This document shows positions 1-13,913 of a DNA stretch of 64,000 nucleotides, piece after piece. The stretch spans positions 23,808,001 through 23,872,000 of the forward strand of contig JBNRSN020000034.1 in assembly GCA_051313645.2 (NCBI GenBank), in the 5' to 3' direction. This DNA comes from Centroscyllium fabricii. Its lineage: Eukaryota. Both the position numbers and the translations under genes were made by a program. The notes under the pieces were generated by a model, which saw nothing but the letters and a program-made list of their open reading frames with translations, did not search any database and was not told the origin of the DNA. Position 1 is the stretch's first letter. Each line of letters opens with the position of its first letter.

Positions 1-1109
1 CGCCCAATGACCCTACTCTTCTGGTACTTTTTAGCACCTTGAGTGAAGTCAAGGTAAAATATACTTGTTTGAAGAGTCGGGGGCAAGGCAGAGGTGTAAG
101 CCCTGGTATATATAGCAGCATATTTAAGGTACTAACAGGAAATTGTTGGAATAGCCAAGGATGATGGAGGTACAGCAGGAGAAACGCCACAGGTGCCCAT
201 TACAGGATCACAGTACACTGGAATGTGGGCATTAATGGAGGGTGCTCAGGCCTGCTAATCAATTAAAGGTGACAGCGGCAGTAATCCGATTCCTGCTAAT
301 CTGTGACCGCTCTGGGCCAACTAATGCTTCTTTCGGTGATTTGCATCCCAATAACCCCATTCATTCCGTAGCTGAAATTTCCCCGTGGAACGTGGAAATT
401 CCGGCTCGGATTTCCACAATCCTAAAATCAATAGCACAAGTTAAAAATTAGCACTCCTCCACATGTGTTGTAAAGAAAAAAGAATTTTTTTTTAAAGTCT
501 AGATTGGATCTCGGCTCGATGGTGTAAGTCACTTGATTCTGCCTTTACACATGAAATCAGAGCTTTCCGTTCCTGGCCTGTGCAGAGTTCATCGATCTCA
601 GCTATAGCTGTGGTAGCAGCACAATGATTAGCAGTGGTGCCTCTGAGATAGGGAGGGAGGAGGGTGGAGAATTCAACAAGGGATCCTGATCATTATCCAG
701 TGACCCTTTGCTGGAAAATGCCAGACAAAGGCAAGGTTGGCCTCAGCAGTGAAGCCCTGCACAGTTGAATAGCCTCACTTAAGAATGGACACTCAGGCAA
801 GGTAATTTGGGGATGTGCCACCACCCATGGAGCTTCACAACTGCAGGAGAGGAACAGAGGATATCGGCTTACACAGAAGAAAGAGGCCATTTGACCCAAT
901 TGGCCTATAGCATGTCTTTATACTCCATACGAGCCCCTTCCCATTCTAATTACCTCTTCACACCCTGTCCCCCCTCCCTGTATCCCTCTATTTTCTTCTC
1001 CCTCGTGTATGTCCCAGCCACCAGAAAGCTGAGATTCAAATAGGCAAAGCTCAGATTTGATGATTCCAGTTGAAAGAGATGGTTTTGAGGCCTACCTTGG
1101 GCCTTTGGC

Positions 1110-1398
1110 TAGGGGTTGCCAACCCTCCTGGATTGCCCTGGAGTCTCCAGGCATTAAAGACTAATCTCCAGGACACTGCTGCGAGCAACACCCGTGAGAA
1201 AAATAATAGCGGCGTTAATAAAAATTGTCCGATTTTTTTCATGATCTTTGAACACTTTCATTATTTAGTTACAAAGATATTGGAGATGGGTGAAAAGGCT
1301 GTTTGACTGAATGAAGGGGGGCAGGGGGTGGCGGTTAAAGGCAACAGATCATGTGCTGAACCCTCCAGGAATATGTTCCACCAGAGTTGGCAACCCTA
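1110..1398. mobile_element. Non-autonomous hAT-type (Blackjack-like) MITE
   Basis: TIRs TAGGG(G)TTGCCAAC...GTTGGCAACCCTA. 8-bp TSD cctttggc/cctctggc (7/8). Related copies elsewhere in the window. Confidence 0.8.
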
Positions 1399-1564
1399 CC
1401 TCTGGCTGACTAGACTAATGATGACATTTGGGAGTTTGGTCGTCAAACACTGGTTCTCTTCTGTGCTTTCTTAATGATAAAACACTAATCTCCGATAGAT
1501 GGGCTGGGGTGGAGGGTGAGGTGCCGAGCAGAGACGCCACTAGGCAGGTGCCACCATCGCCAAT

Positions 1565-1882
1565 GGGCAGCGCGGTGGCATAGTGGTTAGCACTGTTGCC
1601 TCACAGCGCTAGGGGCCCGGGTTCAAATCCGGCCTCGGGTGACTATCTGTGTGGAGTTTGCACATTCTCCCCGTGTCTGTGTGGGTTTCCTCCGGGTGCT
1701 CCGGTTTCCTCCCACAGTCCAAAGATGTGCGGGTTAGGTTGATTGGCCACGATAAATTGACCCTTAGTGTTAGGGGGATTGAATATGTGGGGTTTCGGGG
1801 ATAGGGTGGGATATGTGTCGGTGTAGGCTCGATAGGCCGAGATGGCCGCTATCTGCACTGTAGGGATTCTATGATTCTATGA
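1565..1882 (+). mobile_element. tRNA-derived V-SINE (shark HE1-like)
   Basis: A box TGGCATAGTGG, B box GGTTCAAATCC, V-domain tgtggagtttgcacattctccccgtgtctg, CR1-type (GATTCTAT)n tail. Confidence 0.88.
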
Positions 1883-3422
1883 CCGTTTCCTTTTTAGGGT
1901 TATTTTCCCATTTCTGGCCTCTCTCGCCCATCCCACCTCACATGGTGGGCAGAAATATCAGCGGGATGCTAAATGCAATTTGCCGAAAAAGCGACGTTCC
2001 AGCTTTCAGTTCCGCGCCAACGGTGCAAATTCGCTGCCCCGCAAAATTTCAGCGCATAAACGCAGTGCGAGGTGGCACCACAATCGGGAGATGCGACTGG
2101 CAGGCAGGCGCCAGGGGGCTGCTGCGGCCTTGCTGTCCGGCCGTGTGGCGTCGCAACAGACCCGTCAACTGGATTGCCGCTCACCGGGACGCCCCTATTA
2201 CCCGCAAGTTTATCTCAGACCGCCTTGGCAGACGGAACCCTGTCTCCACTTAACCAGTTGGCCAAGGGGCACAGGGCACGTGACCTTGCCTGCAGCACAC
2301 TCTCTGCTTGGGATCGGGTCATGTATTTCATGTGTGTGTAAAAAAAAAATTCAGAGGAATGTGGCTCAGGTCAACCTGAGAGGCAGCTCACAGACAGATA
2401 GATGGCTGCAGGGCATATTTTGACGAAACAACAATTAAAAATAATTTCTCCTAAATGAGAGCCGACCACAAGCATTCGAGCATTAGAAGGGGAGGAACCG
2501 TTCTACAAGAGAGGAAAGCATGGTTGACTGCGCACTGAACCACCCTCTAACCGATAAAAAAAAAGGCTTGCAGTTAAGTCTGTTTCCCCCCTCCTCTTCC
2601 TCTTCTTCCAACCCCCTCAATTAGGTCAAACGAACAAGCAATGCTTAAGTATTTTAGCTGAAGTACTGAGGTCTATCCCCTCTGAGAAAACACATGGCCA
2701 CTGTGGTTTTATAATATGTTCCAGAACATTGCGTTCGCTGTGGAACATTGCAGAGAAGAAAAAAAAACTCCAGTTTTTTTGGAATGTTTCATGGAATGTG
2801 TTAGGATCAGAACTTCCAATTGGTCTATTTCCTGTCGGACTATAATGAGCTTGTTAAAAAAAAAATCGGAGTTCGGACTATGTGGGAGTTAAAACAAGTT
2901 CACATGGGAAATATGAATGGCTTACACACAGACCTTGGATGGCTTCGCTAAACAGCTAGTTGGGTTGTTATTCAAAACCTACAAGGGACCAATAAAGTCA
3001 ATTAAAAAACAGCAGTCCGCTGGGTGGAGAATAAGACAGGATTTATGCTTCACCTACTTCGGAGGCTAAAGATTTTACCATTAAACTGCATTATTTCCCC
3101 CGCAGAGAAAGAAAATAGTATGTGTTGCCCAATTTTCCTTTTGCAAAAATGCTGACTGTCTTCATTAAATGGAGCAAAAATTGTTTGGGGATTTCTTGAA
3201 CTCAGTGTGAAACCCCGGCTAAATGGCTTGTAACCATTTTCTCTAATTTGATGTTAGAATGATTGTATTACAAACAAATTTTTCTTCCACGGTCATGCTT
3301 ATGATTTTCAATTAGGTGCAACAACAGTGTAGACGCACGGCAGTCTGCCAATATCCACCGGCCCTGTTAGAGCAGGAAAATGGCCCACTGAAAGGCTCAC
3401 TTTACAGACAATGTACAATCAG

Positions 3423-3725
3423 CCCACCCTCTCCTCTCCCCCACCCACCCTCTCCTCTCCCGCACCCACCCTCTCCTCTCCCCCACCCACCCTCTCCTCT
3501 CCCGCACCCACCCTCTCCTCTCCCCCACCCACCCTCTCCTCTCCCCCACCCACCCTCTCCTCTCCCCCACCCACTCTCTCCTCTCCCCCACCCACCCTCT
3601 CCTCTCCCCCACCCACCCTCTCCTCTCCACCACCCACCCTCTCCTCTCCCCCACCCACCCTCTCCTCTCCCCCACCCACCCTCTCCTCTCCCCCACTTAC
3701 CCTCTCCTCTCCCCCACCCACCCTC
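3423..3725. repeat. 21-bp pyrimidine-rich minisatellite (ccacccaccctctcctctccc)n, about 14 units
   Basis: Directly visible tandem array. Confidence 0.95.
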
Positions 3726-4162
3726 CATCTCTCCCGCACCCATTACCACCCAACGCAAACAATATTGACAATGAACTAACTGTCTTTCTTAAGGATGGCA
3801 AAATGAAATCAGGCATAAGTAATTTAGGCAAATGCTTTGAGACTCAAGATATCCGACAGATGCAGTAAAGAACAGTACCTATACTTGTATTGACTCCCAC
3901 CGGGATGTTTTTTCAATAATTAGATTAAATTGAAATTATGTTGGACGTTTGTAGAACAGAAAGATGAGACGCGGCTGAATTTTTACTTTCTCGTTCTCAG
4001 TTTGCGTCCCTCCTTTCCAAAAGGTATTATGTTCCCAGCATCCTCTGGTGTCTTACCCAAGTGGACATTCATCGCACAGAAGCTGAGTTCATTTTGGTGG
4101 GCAACTGCACCACAGTGGGAATCAAAGCAAGGCCTGATCCTGTCCTAGCCCAGCCCGCTTTC

Positions 4163-4635
4163 ATAGAACATAGAACATACAGCACTGTACAGGCCCTTGG
4201 GCCCTCAATGTAGTGCCGTGCTTAGTCCGTCTCTGATTTTTCCTGTCCCCCCTACTCTTCCTTCCCCTCCATGTACCTATCTATCATCCTTTTAAAAGCT
4301 CCCAGACTGTCCGCATCCACTATTTCAGATGGTAGCCTATTCCACTCCCCGACCACTCTCTGTGTAAAGAACTTGCCCCTGCCATCCCTTCTGAATCTTC
4401 CTCCTTGAATCTTGTGCTCGTGCCCTCTTGTTGTCATTCTTCCCACCCGGGGAAACAGTCTCTGCACGTTTACTCTATCGATCCCCTTCATCATCTTAAA
4501 CATCTCTATTAAGTCCCCCCTCTTCCTTCTCCGCTCCAGGGAGAAGAGTCCCAGCTCCCTCAACCTCTCCTCGTACGACTTTCCCCCCATTCCCGGCAGC
4601 ATCCTGGCGAATCTCCTCTGTACCCTCTCCAACGC
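4163..4635 (-). mobile_element. CR1 LINE 3' fragment
   Basis: ORF2 C-terminus ERVQRRFARMLPGM...SYEERLRELGLFSLERRR.RGDLIE and a (TTCTATG)n tail on the minus strand. Confidence 0.9.
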
Positions 4636-5248
4636 CTACCCTTTCCTGACCTTTAGGATGAGATGTGAAACCGAGGCCTGCTTCACGAGCAGGAAACCCT
4701 GGCTTTCACCCCCCTCCCTGAGTCTGAGGCTATTTGCAGTGTTGCCCCACTAGCACCGCAGCACGGACCGGGGATTTCACCCAGGGCCTACCTGGCCTGG
4801 ATGGCTCAGATCCATGCCGAGTGGTGCAATTCCCAGCCAGCCACCAGGGGGAGTGAGTCAACAATCCTATAGACCATAATGGAAAGTTTTTCTTTATCTG
4901 TGAAATCCAACTTGGCAACTCATTAACTACTTCAGGGAGATGCAAATTATGGGCTCCACCTTCATGAAATCTATGACATCCAGTCTGTCTGCAAGCCTGA
5001 AGTTCTGAGGTGTCCAGGGTGTGATGCTGTGGATTTGAATCTGCAGCTGCCCATTTGACAAATTACCAATTCAAAGTATCCACTGGGCACTATCTACTTG
5101 CCTCACAATGAAAGAGGCAAGATGATTACTAATAAGCCTCCGAGTAGAGGATTCAAGGGTACAGATCACAGAGAGCTGGTAGCTGATTGACAGCACATCC
5201 CTGCAGACTGGAAAGGATTCAGGGCCGGATATAGGTGGAGAGAGAGAG

Positions 5249-5787
5249 TTGGCAGTCGAAAAAGGAAGACAGAAGAAATCCTGGCAGCCAAGAGAAAATA
5301 GAATATGCGGTCACTGCTTGACAGATGAGGTTGAAACAGAGATGCACTTCCTCCTAAAATGCAAAAAATTCGACAAAACAAGGAAAACATACTTTGACAA
5401 ACTAAGCCTAGAAATCCCAGATTTCAAAGAATTAGATGATACCTTAAAACTAAAAATAATCCTTGGCGAAGGAGATAGGGCACAGCTTGGTGCACAATAC
5501 GTAACAGCATGCCACAACCTGAGGGACAGTGAATGACCAACATGCACACATGCACGCACACACAGGCAGAGAATGACCAACACTGACTGTGATACTGTTT
5601 GAAACTGCATTTAAACTATATATCTATTGATATTATTACGGATGCGGTTGTATATATTCTGTTAGTACTGTTGTTATTACGTCTACTAATGTATTTTTTT
5701 TTAAATGTATATTACAATGCTTTGGCAACAACGGTTGATACCATTCATGCCAATAAAGCTATTTGAATTGAATTGAATTGAATTGAA
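5249..5787 (+). mobile_element. 5'-truncated non-LTR retrotransposon, probably RTE-X clade (ORF C-terminus plus 3' UTR)
   Basis: Open frame LAVEKGRQ...RICGHC...VETEMHFLLKC (C-terminal CCHC motif), stop at 5536, AATAAA at 5752, (TTGAA)n tail. Confidence 0.75.
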
Positions 5788-7527
5788 CAACATATAGCTC
5801 AAAAAGAGGACCAGAAAAATAAAATTGAAAAAAGGACTCCAATTTATCAGTTATACTGCCACTCCCATATCACTGTGAAGTGGCTCTGGGTGGGCGTCGA
5901 TGAAAAACTGGCAGTATAACTCGAAAGTGAGATGCCCATTTAGTACACTTAGGGGATGAATGAGCTCCTGGAAGAGGCTCTCTCACACCACTTTGCCCTT
6001 GTTGCACTATATCACAGTATAAAAATGCATTTTAGAAGTGCCCAAAGGGAGTTGTTTTTAATATGTAATGGGAGAATGGACACTCCTTCCTGCACTCTCC
6101 CAAGTCTCCTTTGTGTCTGCATGCGCTGCTAGCAGTATAATTCAAGTCTTCCAACTGGGCATCATGCTCCACCAGTCTAAGACTATAATAAAGTGAACAA
6201 ATTGTGTTTACACTTCCTTTGCCCGTTTGAATGACTTATTATATATTTTTGTGTTGTGATATTTGCAAATTAGGAAATTAAAATCTCTATTTGTTTTAAA
6301 AGAGATTGTAAAACTTCGCTTTTGTTTGTCAGTAAATAAAAGTAATGGTTTTATATTTATGCCAGTGTTTAAATCGTACAGTCGACAGGCCTAATTCTAT
6401 CTGCAATACAATTATAGGAACTATTAGTCAAATACTTTCATTACGTCTCCATAATTGGCTTTTTATTTGTGTAATCATGTATGAGAGATTCTAGTACTAT
6501 TAAACTTAAAACTCCTGGTGATGGTTTCACGTTCCAATGAGTTAACCCTTCAGCTGCTGCTTTCCTATCAATTGCAAGGGTCTTTACAAACATGAGCCCC
6601 AAGGGCATTCTCATGGGCTGTCCCGTGGGAGCAGCAGCTGGAAAACTACATTCAGCCCCTTGTGACAAGTGAATTTCCCATTCTCACTAATGGGTGTGTG
6701 TTTGTGCATGTTCTGTACGTGTGCCCATGGACCTGCTTCCACGTGTGTGTGAGCTGTGTGCGTGCGTCAGTGTGTATTTATGTGTCTGTTGTATGTATGT
6801 ACGCGAACATGTGTGTACGTCTGAGTGTGTGTTTTTGTGTGTGCATGTGTGTGACATGTACTTGTGTTGTTACACAACTTACATCCTGGCAGAAGTTCAC
6901 TCGTGCGATCAACATGCTCAGTGTGTTTCGAAGGCCATCGGAGGAGGCAGGACTGACAGTTGATACTGCTGCCAAATGTAAGCCAACTGACCTCTGGCAA
7001 CAGATCTAGGCTCGCAGGAAAAGTGAGTCTTCCCTGCCAGAGGTCAGTGAGCTTATATTTGGCCCTGGCATCGACTATGATTGCCAAACCCATGCGAAAG
7101 GAGTTAACGGTAGAATCATAGAATCTTACAGCACAGAAAGAGGCCATTCGGCCTGTCGTGCCTGTGCCGGCTCTTTGGAAGAGCTCTCCAATTCAGTGCA
7201 ATTTGGTACTGGAATACTGTAAGAGCAACTTGAGAGATTGAGATTGGGGAAGGGAAGAGAGACAGGGTAAGCAGTAACCTTCACCAGACCTACTCCAGCC
7301 CAGGCTATTGATATCAGGAACAATTCCAGTTGGAAATATCATGGTACATGTATGTAAAGAAATAAATTACAGACTTCACTTTGTAGACTGCCTGGTGTCA
7401 TATGAGGTATTTACGCAAGGAAGTTCGCAGCTCTAATCTCTGGTCTCTGTTAAGTTACCTGATCTCAGTTAGGGAGATGGCTGGGACACCAACCATGGCC
7501 CCAGTGCCCCTTGGGCTAGGGAGGTAC

Positions 7528-8027
7528 CCTACATAAACCTGAGTTCATCCAAAACTCGGCTGCCCATGCCCTAACTCGCACCAATTCCTGTTTGCCCATC
7601 ACCCCTGTGCTCGTTGACCTACATTGGCTCCCGGTTAAGCAGCGCCTCCATTTCAAAATTCTCATCCTTGTTTTCAAATTCCTCCATGGCCTCGCCCCTT
7701 CCTATCTCTGTAATCTCCTTCAGCTCCACAACCCCTCGAGATATCTGCCCTCTTGAACATCCCTGATTATAATCGCTCAACCATTGGAGGCCTTCTGTTG
7801 CCTAGGCCCTAAACTCTGAAATATCCTTGCCTAAAGCTCTCCACCTCTCTTTCCTCCTTTAAGACGCTCCTTAAAACCTACCTCTTTGACCAAGCTTTTG
7901 GCCATCTACCTTCATTTCTCCTTATATGGCTTGGTGTCAAATATTTTGTCTTATAATCCTCCTGTGAAGCACCTTGGGACTTTTACTACGTTAAAGGCGC
8001 TATATAAATACAAGTTGTTGTTGTTGT
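7528..8027 (+). mobile_element. L2 LINE 3' fragment
   Basis: cccatcacccctgtgctcgttgacctacattggctccc...tttaagacgctccttaaaacctacctcttt, the gtgaagcaccttggga 3' motif and a (TTG)n tail. Confidence 0.85.
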
Positions 8028-8029
8028 CG

Positions 8030-8375
8030 TTTCCCACTCCAGATTACCACTTAGCGACCCCTGCTGGTTGAGGACAGGATTCGACTTGCCTGTGAAGTCT
8101 CTGCACTGTCGAATAACCTGCCGCGTATGAACTATCGAGGCTGACTCAGGATGTTTTGCTGGCTGAGGGAGCAGTTGGTGTGCCGCTGGTACCTGTGATA
8201 CCAGACCCCAGCAGGAGTCATGAAGGTGAGGAATTGTTTCCTCTCCCTAGCCCAGGGAGACTGAGGGCAATTGTAGGGCCCCCATGTGATCAGCTACCTC
8301 TGCGCACACTGGGGATCGAACCACATAACTACCTGATCGATACAGCTCACATCGACATCACATGGCCCACTGAGC
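8030..8375 (-). mobile_element. Old tRNA-headed SINE-like repeat; degenerate relatives near 540-770, 12630-12910, 15440-15780, 18560-18960, 23900-24230, 33860-34390, 58070-58440 and 62000-62340
   Basis: Recurring motifs agttagctgatctcagc, tcactggatagcgatcagg and aggaggagaggga are shared among the copies. Family not identified. Confidence 0.55.
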
Positions 8376-8989
8376 CAATGGGGAAATCTATGGGTTATTC
8401 ATTAACAATTTAGGAAGGTTAATATCCTTTATGATCGGTGGACAATTACGTTCAATTGCATCCTTTCAAAAGAGATAAATTATCCCTTAAGATCTGGCAA
8501 GTTCACCGCTATAAAGATTCAATAAGGTTTAAGTGCAATTTCTGCTACACAACACACGGAGGATTGTCTTTACTCCCATTTCTTCTACATCAGTAGCCTG
8601 TGTACTTTATTTAGATCACATTTAAAGGTTTAGATACACATTCCTGCCCAGGATACCCAGCTGATCACAAGTGGCAGGAGTGCAGACAAAGTTTGGCCAG
8701 AGCAACACTTGTGTCAGACTCCCAACCCCCACCTATACCCATCAGTATAAAGGAGAGCACCAACAAGTCTCCAAAGATATTAAGGACTCATTTATCAAGC
8801 GTTTTGGGAGGGTCTCCTGGTTTTCCAGCCAATAATATAAGGGCGGAGGAGCCAAACTACTGCAGCCAAGGCTGCTCAGAGCACTGACAGGCAGCCTGGA
8901 CTCCCTCTCCACTGCTCTGCTCCAAGTGCCAATTTGTCCTAATTGATCTGCAGAGGAATTGTCAAGCACCAACTCACTGGCACTCAGCT

Positions 8990-9372
8990 TGAAAGATATA
9001 AGATCCTGAGGGGTCTGGACAGGGTGGATGTGGAGAGGATGTTTCCTCTTGTGGGAGAATCTAGAACTAGGGGGTCACTGTTTAAAAATAAAGGGTCGCC
9101 CATTTAAGACAGAGATGAGGGGAAAACATTTCTCACAAACGATGTGAGTCTTTGGAACTCTCTTCCTCAGAGGGTGGTGGAAGCAGAGACTTTGATTATT
9201 TTTAAAGCAGAGGTAGATAGATTCTTGATAAGCAAGGGGATGAAAAGTTATCGGGGGTAGGCGGGAATGTGCAGTAATCAGATCAGCCATGATCTTACTG
9301 AATGGTGGAGCAGACGCGAGGGGCCGATTGGCCAACACCTGCTCCTAATTCGTATGTTCATTTGTTCGTATG
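8990..9372 (+). mobile_element. CR1 LINE 3' fragment
   Basis: agaactagggggtcactgtttaaaaataaagggtcgcccatttaagacagagatgagg, CR1 3' UTR, (TTCGTATG)-like tail. Confidence 0.85.
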
Positions 9373-10112
9373 TATATATGCTCGTATGACAGTGAATGAC
9401 AAAAATGCTGCTTGTTCACTACTGGCATCAGACCGGGGCCAGCGTGCGGGTGGGCTCTGGTATCACTTCTGTATTGTATGTACACAGCACCAGTTGCAGG
9501 CACCACTGAATGCGACACTGTGGGAACCAGAAACATAATTATCTCTGTGCAGAATATGGAGTGAAGATGTGGGCTAAGCGCTGTAAAGGCTGCATCCAGA
9601 CACTGGCGCCACTTGCAGTGGTCACTGAAGAGGCATTGTGGAAGTAGGCACCATGGACAAAGCAGCCCCCACTACATAAATGGAGCAAATTCCTCCCCCA
9701 TTGCCACCTCCTGATTCTGCCAACTCTATGACTGCTGGGAGTTTGCCCTCTCCCACCCTCCCCCCCAGTCCCAGAACCTACCCCCCAAGCAGACATGACC
9801 CTGGATAGTCAGTCTTGGCAGGCCATTTTTGACCATGGTAGGGCGGGGGGGGGGGGGGGGGGGGGAATCATTGCTGTCTTCACCCAATGTCCAAACATGC
9901 ACGCGTTCCTGCAGCTGTCCCGGGGTAGCGATTCGGAAGGAGTGAGGGGCAGAATGCTAGCTGTCCCGAGGAAGCAAAGCCATTCGTCACTCTGGCTGAA
10001 ATCGAGCACAGATCGATCGGGGATGAAACCAGGGACCTTGACACGCCTGCAGCACTCAGTTCCACAGCACTTTCCAACTGAACCATTGGCAGAGCCATTG
10101 GCAGAACCATCA

Positions 10113-10424
<312 letters not shown>

Positions 10425-12954
10425 TCAGACTATCAAGTGATGTTCTTCAGCAGCACTTCACTGCCAAGTTTCAGTAAACAGGGCTTTTTCAAACCTGCAA
10501 TAAACGTGTCACTGCCCTAATACTCTGTTGATAGAATGCACATTAAAATGTACTGACAAGAGTATTAAAAGTGTTTTACAACGCAGTTGTAAAGCAATTA
10601 ACTCTGTATTCTCCTGGCCTGATGCGGCTTGGCTGACTTCCTGCCCCGAACACAACGTGCAACAGGAGTAAGGTTCATAAAAGTGTTTTATTGTAACCAG
10701 TTATTTTAGAATATATTCCTCAGATAATAAGGGGGAGGAGGTGGAAGGGGATTTCCCTTCTGTATCGGAACTGGTATTCCCTTCACTTCACATGTTTGTC
10801 TCTGACATCAAGTATTTGCTATTGAAAAGAACCCTGTAAAAGGCCCAGTGCCAGTGCCATTAGATGCACTTGGGCTGGTGGAGATAACCCTTGGGCACTA
10901 GTGACAGCTGGGTCAGGTACATTTTCTTAGGCCTGGGCCTGGGCCACGGACAGGTTTGGCCTGCTTGTGTAGGCCGCTACTTGTTGCTTTCAAGGACCTT
11001 TCGTCAACCCCAGGGAAAGTCCCGCCAGATGGTCAAGGTCGCAAACCTCTGAGCAACTGTGCATGAGCCAACCTTGCACGTGCCCAGTTGTTAATGTTCT
11101 TTCTGAATCTGTCCAGCGCTTTAAATTAGACGTATTTGGTAGCGAGGAGACCAAATAACATTTGAATGGTAGCGACTCCATTACCTGACTGGGCGACAAC
11201 AAGCACACTCGCTTGCGTAGATACAGATTCAGGAGACTTCTCTTTTTAAAATATTGGCCGAAAACCGGAAATTAAAAGTTAATATTAAAACGGTCAAAGG
11301 GTAGGAGGAACCATCGAAGTTTATCCCTCCAGTACCCTAACTAACCAAGCCTAACATCCAGCTGCATTTTCAATGACTCCTCTGCTTTTGACTCTATTAA
11401 TCTGTCTGTCAGATTATTCCAAACATCTAGCCCCAATTTTAAAGTAAGCCACCCGGTGAGAATGAAGTGGGAGGGCCGCACCTCCATTTTGCACCCTGCC
11501 CAATGTCTGTTGAAGTTAATGGACGGCAATTTCTTGGGGGTGCAAAATGTGTGTGCGACCCAAACCCGTCTGTGCTTGAAGAGGGTTAGGTTAAAATGGA
11601 CACTAAAATTTGAGTAAAATAGTTTATCCTCAATATAAGTTTTAAAATTGCTTTGCACAAATTTAAATGTATGTTCTCTGGCCTTGCCAGCCTAATATTA
11701 ATATAATAACTAGGGCTAATAATATTCCAGGTTTAATATGTACCAGTGACCAGCAGATCTCCCACAACATTGCTCATATTGAGGCAGAGATTTGCTGCTT
11801 TATAACAGTAGCGTTGTTAATACCTAGTGGGGGATAGCAGCACGACCACTGATTTACAAATTCCATCTATATTAAATGGTGACCTGGGTGTTTTTACTGA
11901 ATTAAATTCTAAAACTCTGCCTTTTATTCTGTGAAACCTGTAAATGAGTAGCCTTTATTTTCTAAATATATTCTTTTACCTATGCATTTAATACTTATCT
12001 TAATGCTATGAATACATAGCAAAATGTTATGCAAAATATACCAGTTGGAGTTAGATGGTATATGGCATTGGCTTGGGCTAGATATCTTTACCCAAAGGGC
12101 TGACTCAATGAGCTGAAGGCAGATACTACAACTGCATCGATTACACACCTGTTGTAGCTTTAGTTGGTGTTCGAATCACACTCTTATAAACTTCAGAAAG
12201 TGCATTAAGCTGAGAAAAATGGAGTCTTTCCTCATCCTAATTTGAAACCTTTTTTAAAAAAGTCAGTTGAATTTTGAAATCAAACAGACAGCTTCTAATT
12301 ACTACATGGATTTCTTTGATAGCTAGAAAATGTAATCATTCTAATTACTGAGACCAGTGAGGCAGTGCATGGAGACAGAGAGAGACAGAGACAGAGAAAG
12401 ATATACATATAAAGCACCTTTCCTCCTAGTTTTAAAGATAAATGGTTTAAGGCATCAGCTATTAAGGCATCAGCTAAAAGCAGTTAATTATTTGTTTGCT
12501 GGGATCTTGTGGTGTACTTTCAAGAACATTGAGTTGTAACAATAGGTCACAAGTTTATACCTGCTCTTTTCTGATTTAGTAAACATTCACTAATGGTTAG
12601 AAATGCGTAGAACTATGCTTATTCCAGCTAATTTTCTCCCTCTCTCTCCTGAAGGCACTGATGGTCGCTGGGATAATATCCCATAGACTACCCTCTAGTC
12701 TCTCACCTGAGTGTCCATCCTTCATTTGGAGCCTAGACAGTGGGCCAACGGTGTCCTTGTTCGACACCCACAGAGGTTACTGGATAGCGATCAGGAAAAG
12801 AAACCATGAATGACCTTTCCCCTTGCAGGGCCTCTGAGGCCAACTGTGACAGCCAGAGTGCAGTAAAAGCTGAGATTGTCTATCTAAACACAACCAGGGA
12901 TTGATCCAGCCTGCGCCATCCTATTTGACAGTGAGCTGAGCTTCAGTCACTAAG

Positions 12955-13593
12955 AGCGCCTACTTCCACCTCCGTAACATCACCCATCTCCGCCCCTGCC
13001 TCAGCCCATTTGCTGCTGAAACCCTCATCCATGCTTTTGTTACCTCCAGACTCGACTATTCCACTGCTCTCCAGACCGGCCTCTCAGCTTCCACTTTCCA
13101 TAAGCTTAAGGTCATCCAAAATTCTGCTGCCCGTATTTTAACTCGCACCAAGTCTTGTTCACCCATCACCCATGTGCTCGCTGACCTATGTTGGCTCCTG
13201 GTCCACCAACTCCTTAATTTTAAAATTCTCATCCTCATGTTCAAACCCCTCACAGCCTCACCCTATCTCTGTAACCTCCTCCAGCATACAACCCTCAGAG
13301 ATCTCTGCACTTCTCCAACTCTGGCCTCTTGTGCATCCCTCACTTACTTCGCCCCAACATTGGCAACCCTGTCATCAGTCATCTAGGCCCTAAGCTCTGG
13401 AATTCCCTCCCTAAACCTCTCCACCCCTCTCTCTTCCTTTAAGATGCAACTTAAAACCTATTTCTTTGATCAAGTCGTCCATCCTAATATCGCCTTCTTT
13501 GGCTCGGTATCAACTTCTGTTTGATAACGCTGTTGTGAAGTACCTTGGGACGTTTTACTACGTTAAAGGCACTAGCTAAATCCAAGTTCTTGT
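12955..13593 (+). mobile_element. L2 LINE 3' fragment; tail interrupted by the Penelope-type insert
   Basis: RT C-terminal coding remnant (ETLIHAFVTSRLDYS) and the L2 3' motif; tail resumes at 13914. Confidence 0.85.
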
Positions 13594-13913
13594 CTAGAGC
13601 CATTCTTTGTTCCTTAACCTGTCCCATTACCACCTCCTCTCGCCTTGAATATCTCTTAATGTCTCTCAATGTCTCTCAATCTCTCCTGCCTTCTATCCTA
13701 TCACTGACCTTCCCTTTTGTTCGTTCATCCCCTCCCCCTTTTCCCACTTGCTTTCCATTTCCTGCTTTTTTCCAGTTCTGATGAAAGGTCTTTGACCTGA
13801 AACGTTAACTCTGTTTCTGTCTCCACTGATGCTGCCGGGCCTGCTGAGTTTCTCCAGCGTTTTCTGTTGTTATTTTGGATTTCCAGCATCCGCAGTATTT
13901 TGCTATTGTGTTA
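13594..13913 (+). mobile_element. Penelope-type/retrozyme-like non-coding insert with hammerhead ribozyme
   Basis: Flanked by an exact 11-bp duplication caagttcttgt (13583-13593 and 13914-13924). Homologous to 30790-31035 and 32801-33090. Confidence 0.8.
13774..13810 (+). ncRNA. Minimal type I hammerhead ribozyme
   Basis: agtt-CTGATGA-a-AGGTC-ttt-GACCT-GAAAC-GTTA-act: intact core, stem II, palindromic AACGTT stem III, stem I agt/act. Confidence 0.75.

Noticed and set aside
1565-1640. tRNA genes at SINE heads (also 22229, 31440, 54160-54232, 57541, 63432)
   Set aside because: Each continues into a SINE body or tail and lacks a complete cloverleaf and terminator.
3316-3779. Extensin-like Pro-rich ORFs
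   Set aside because: Pyrimidine 21-bp minisatellite.
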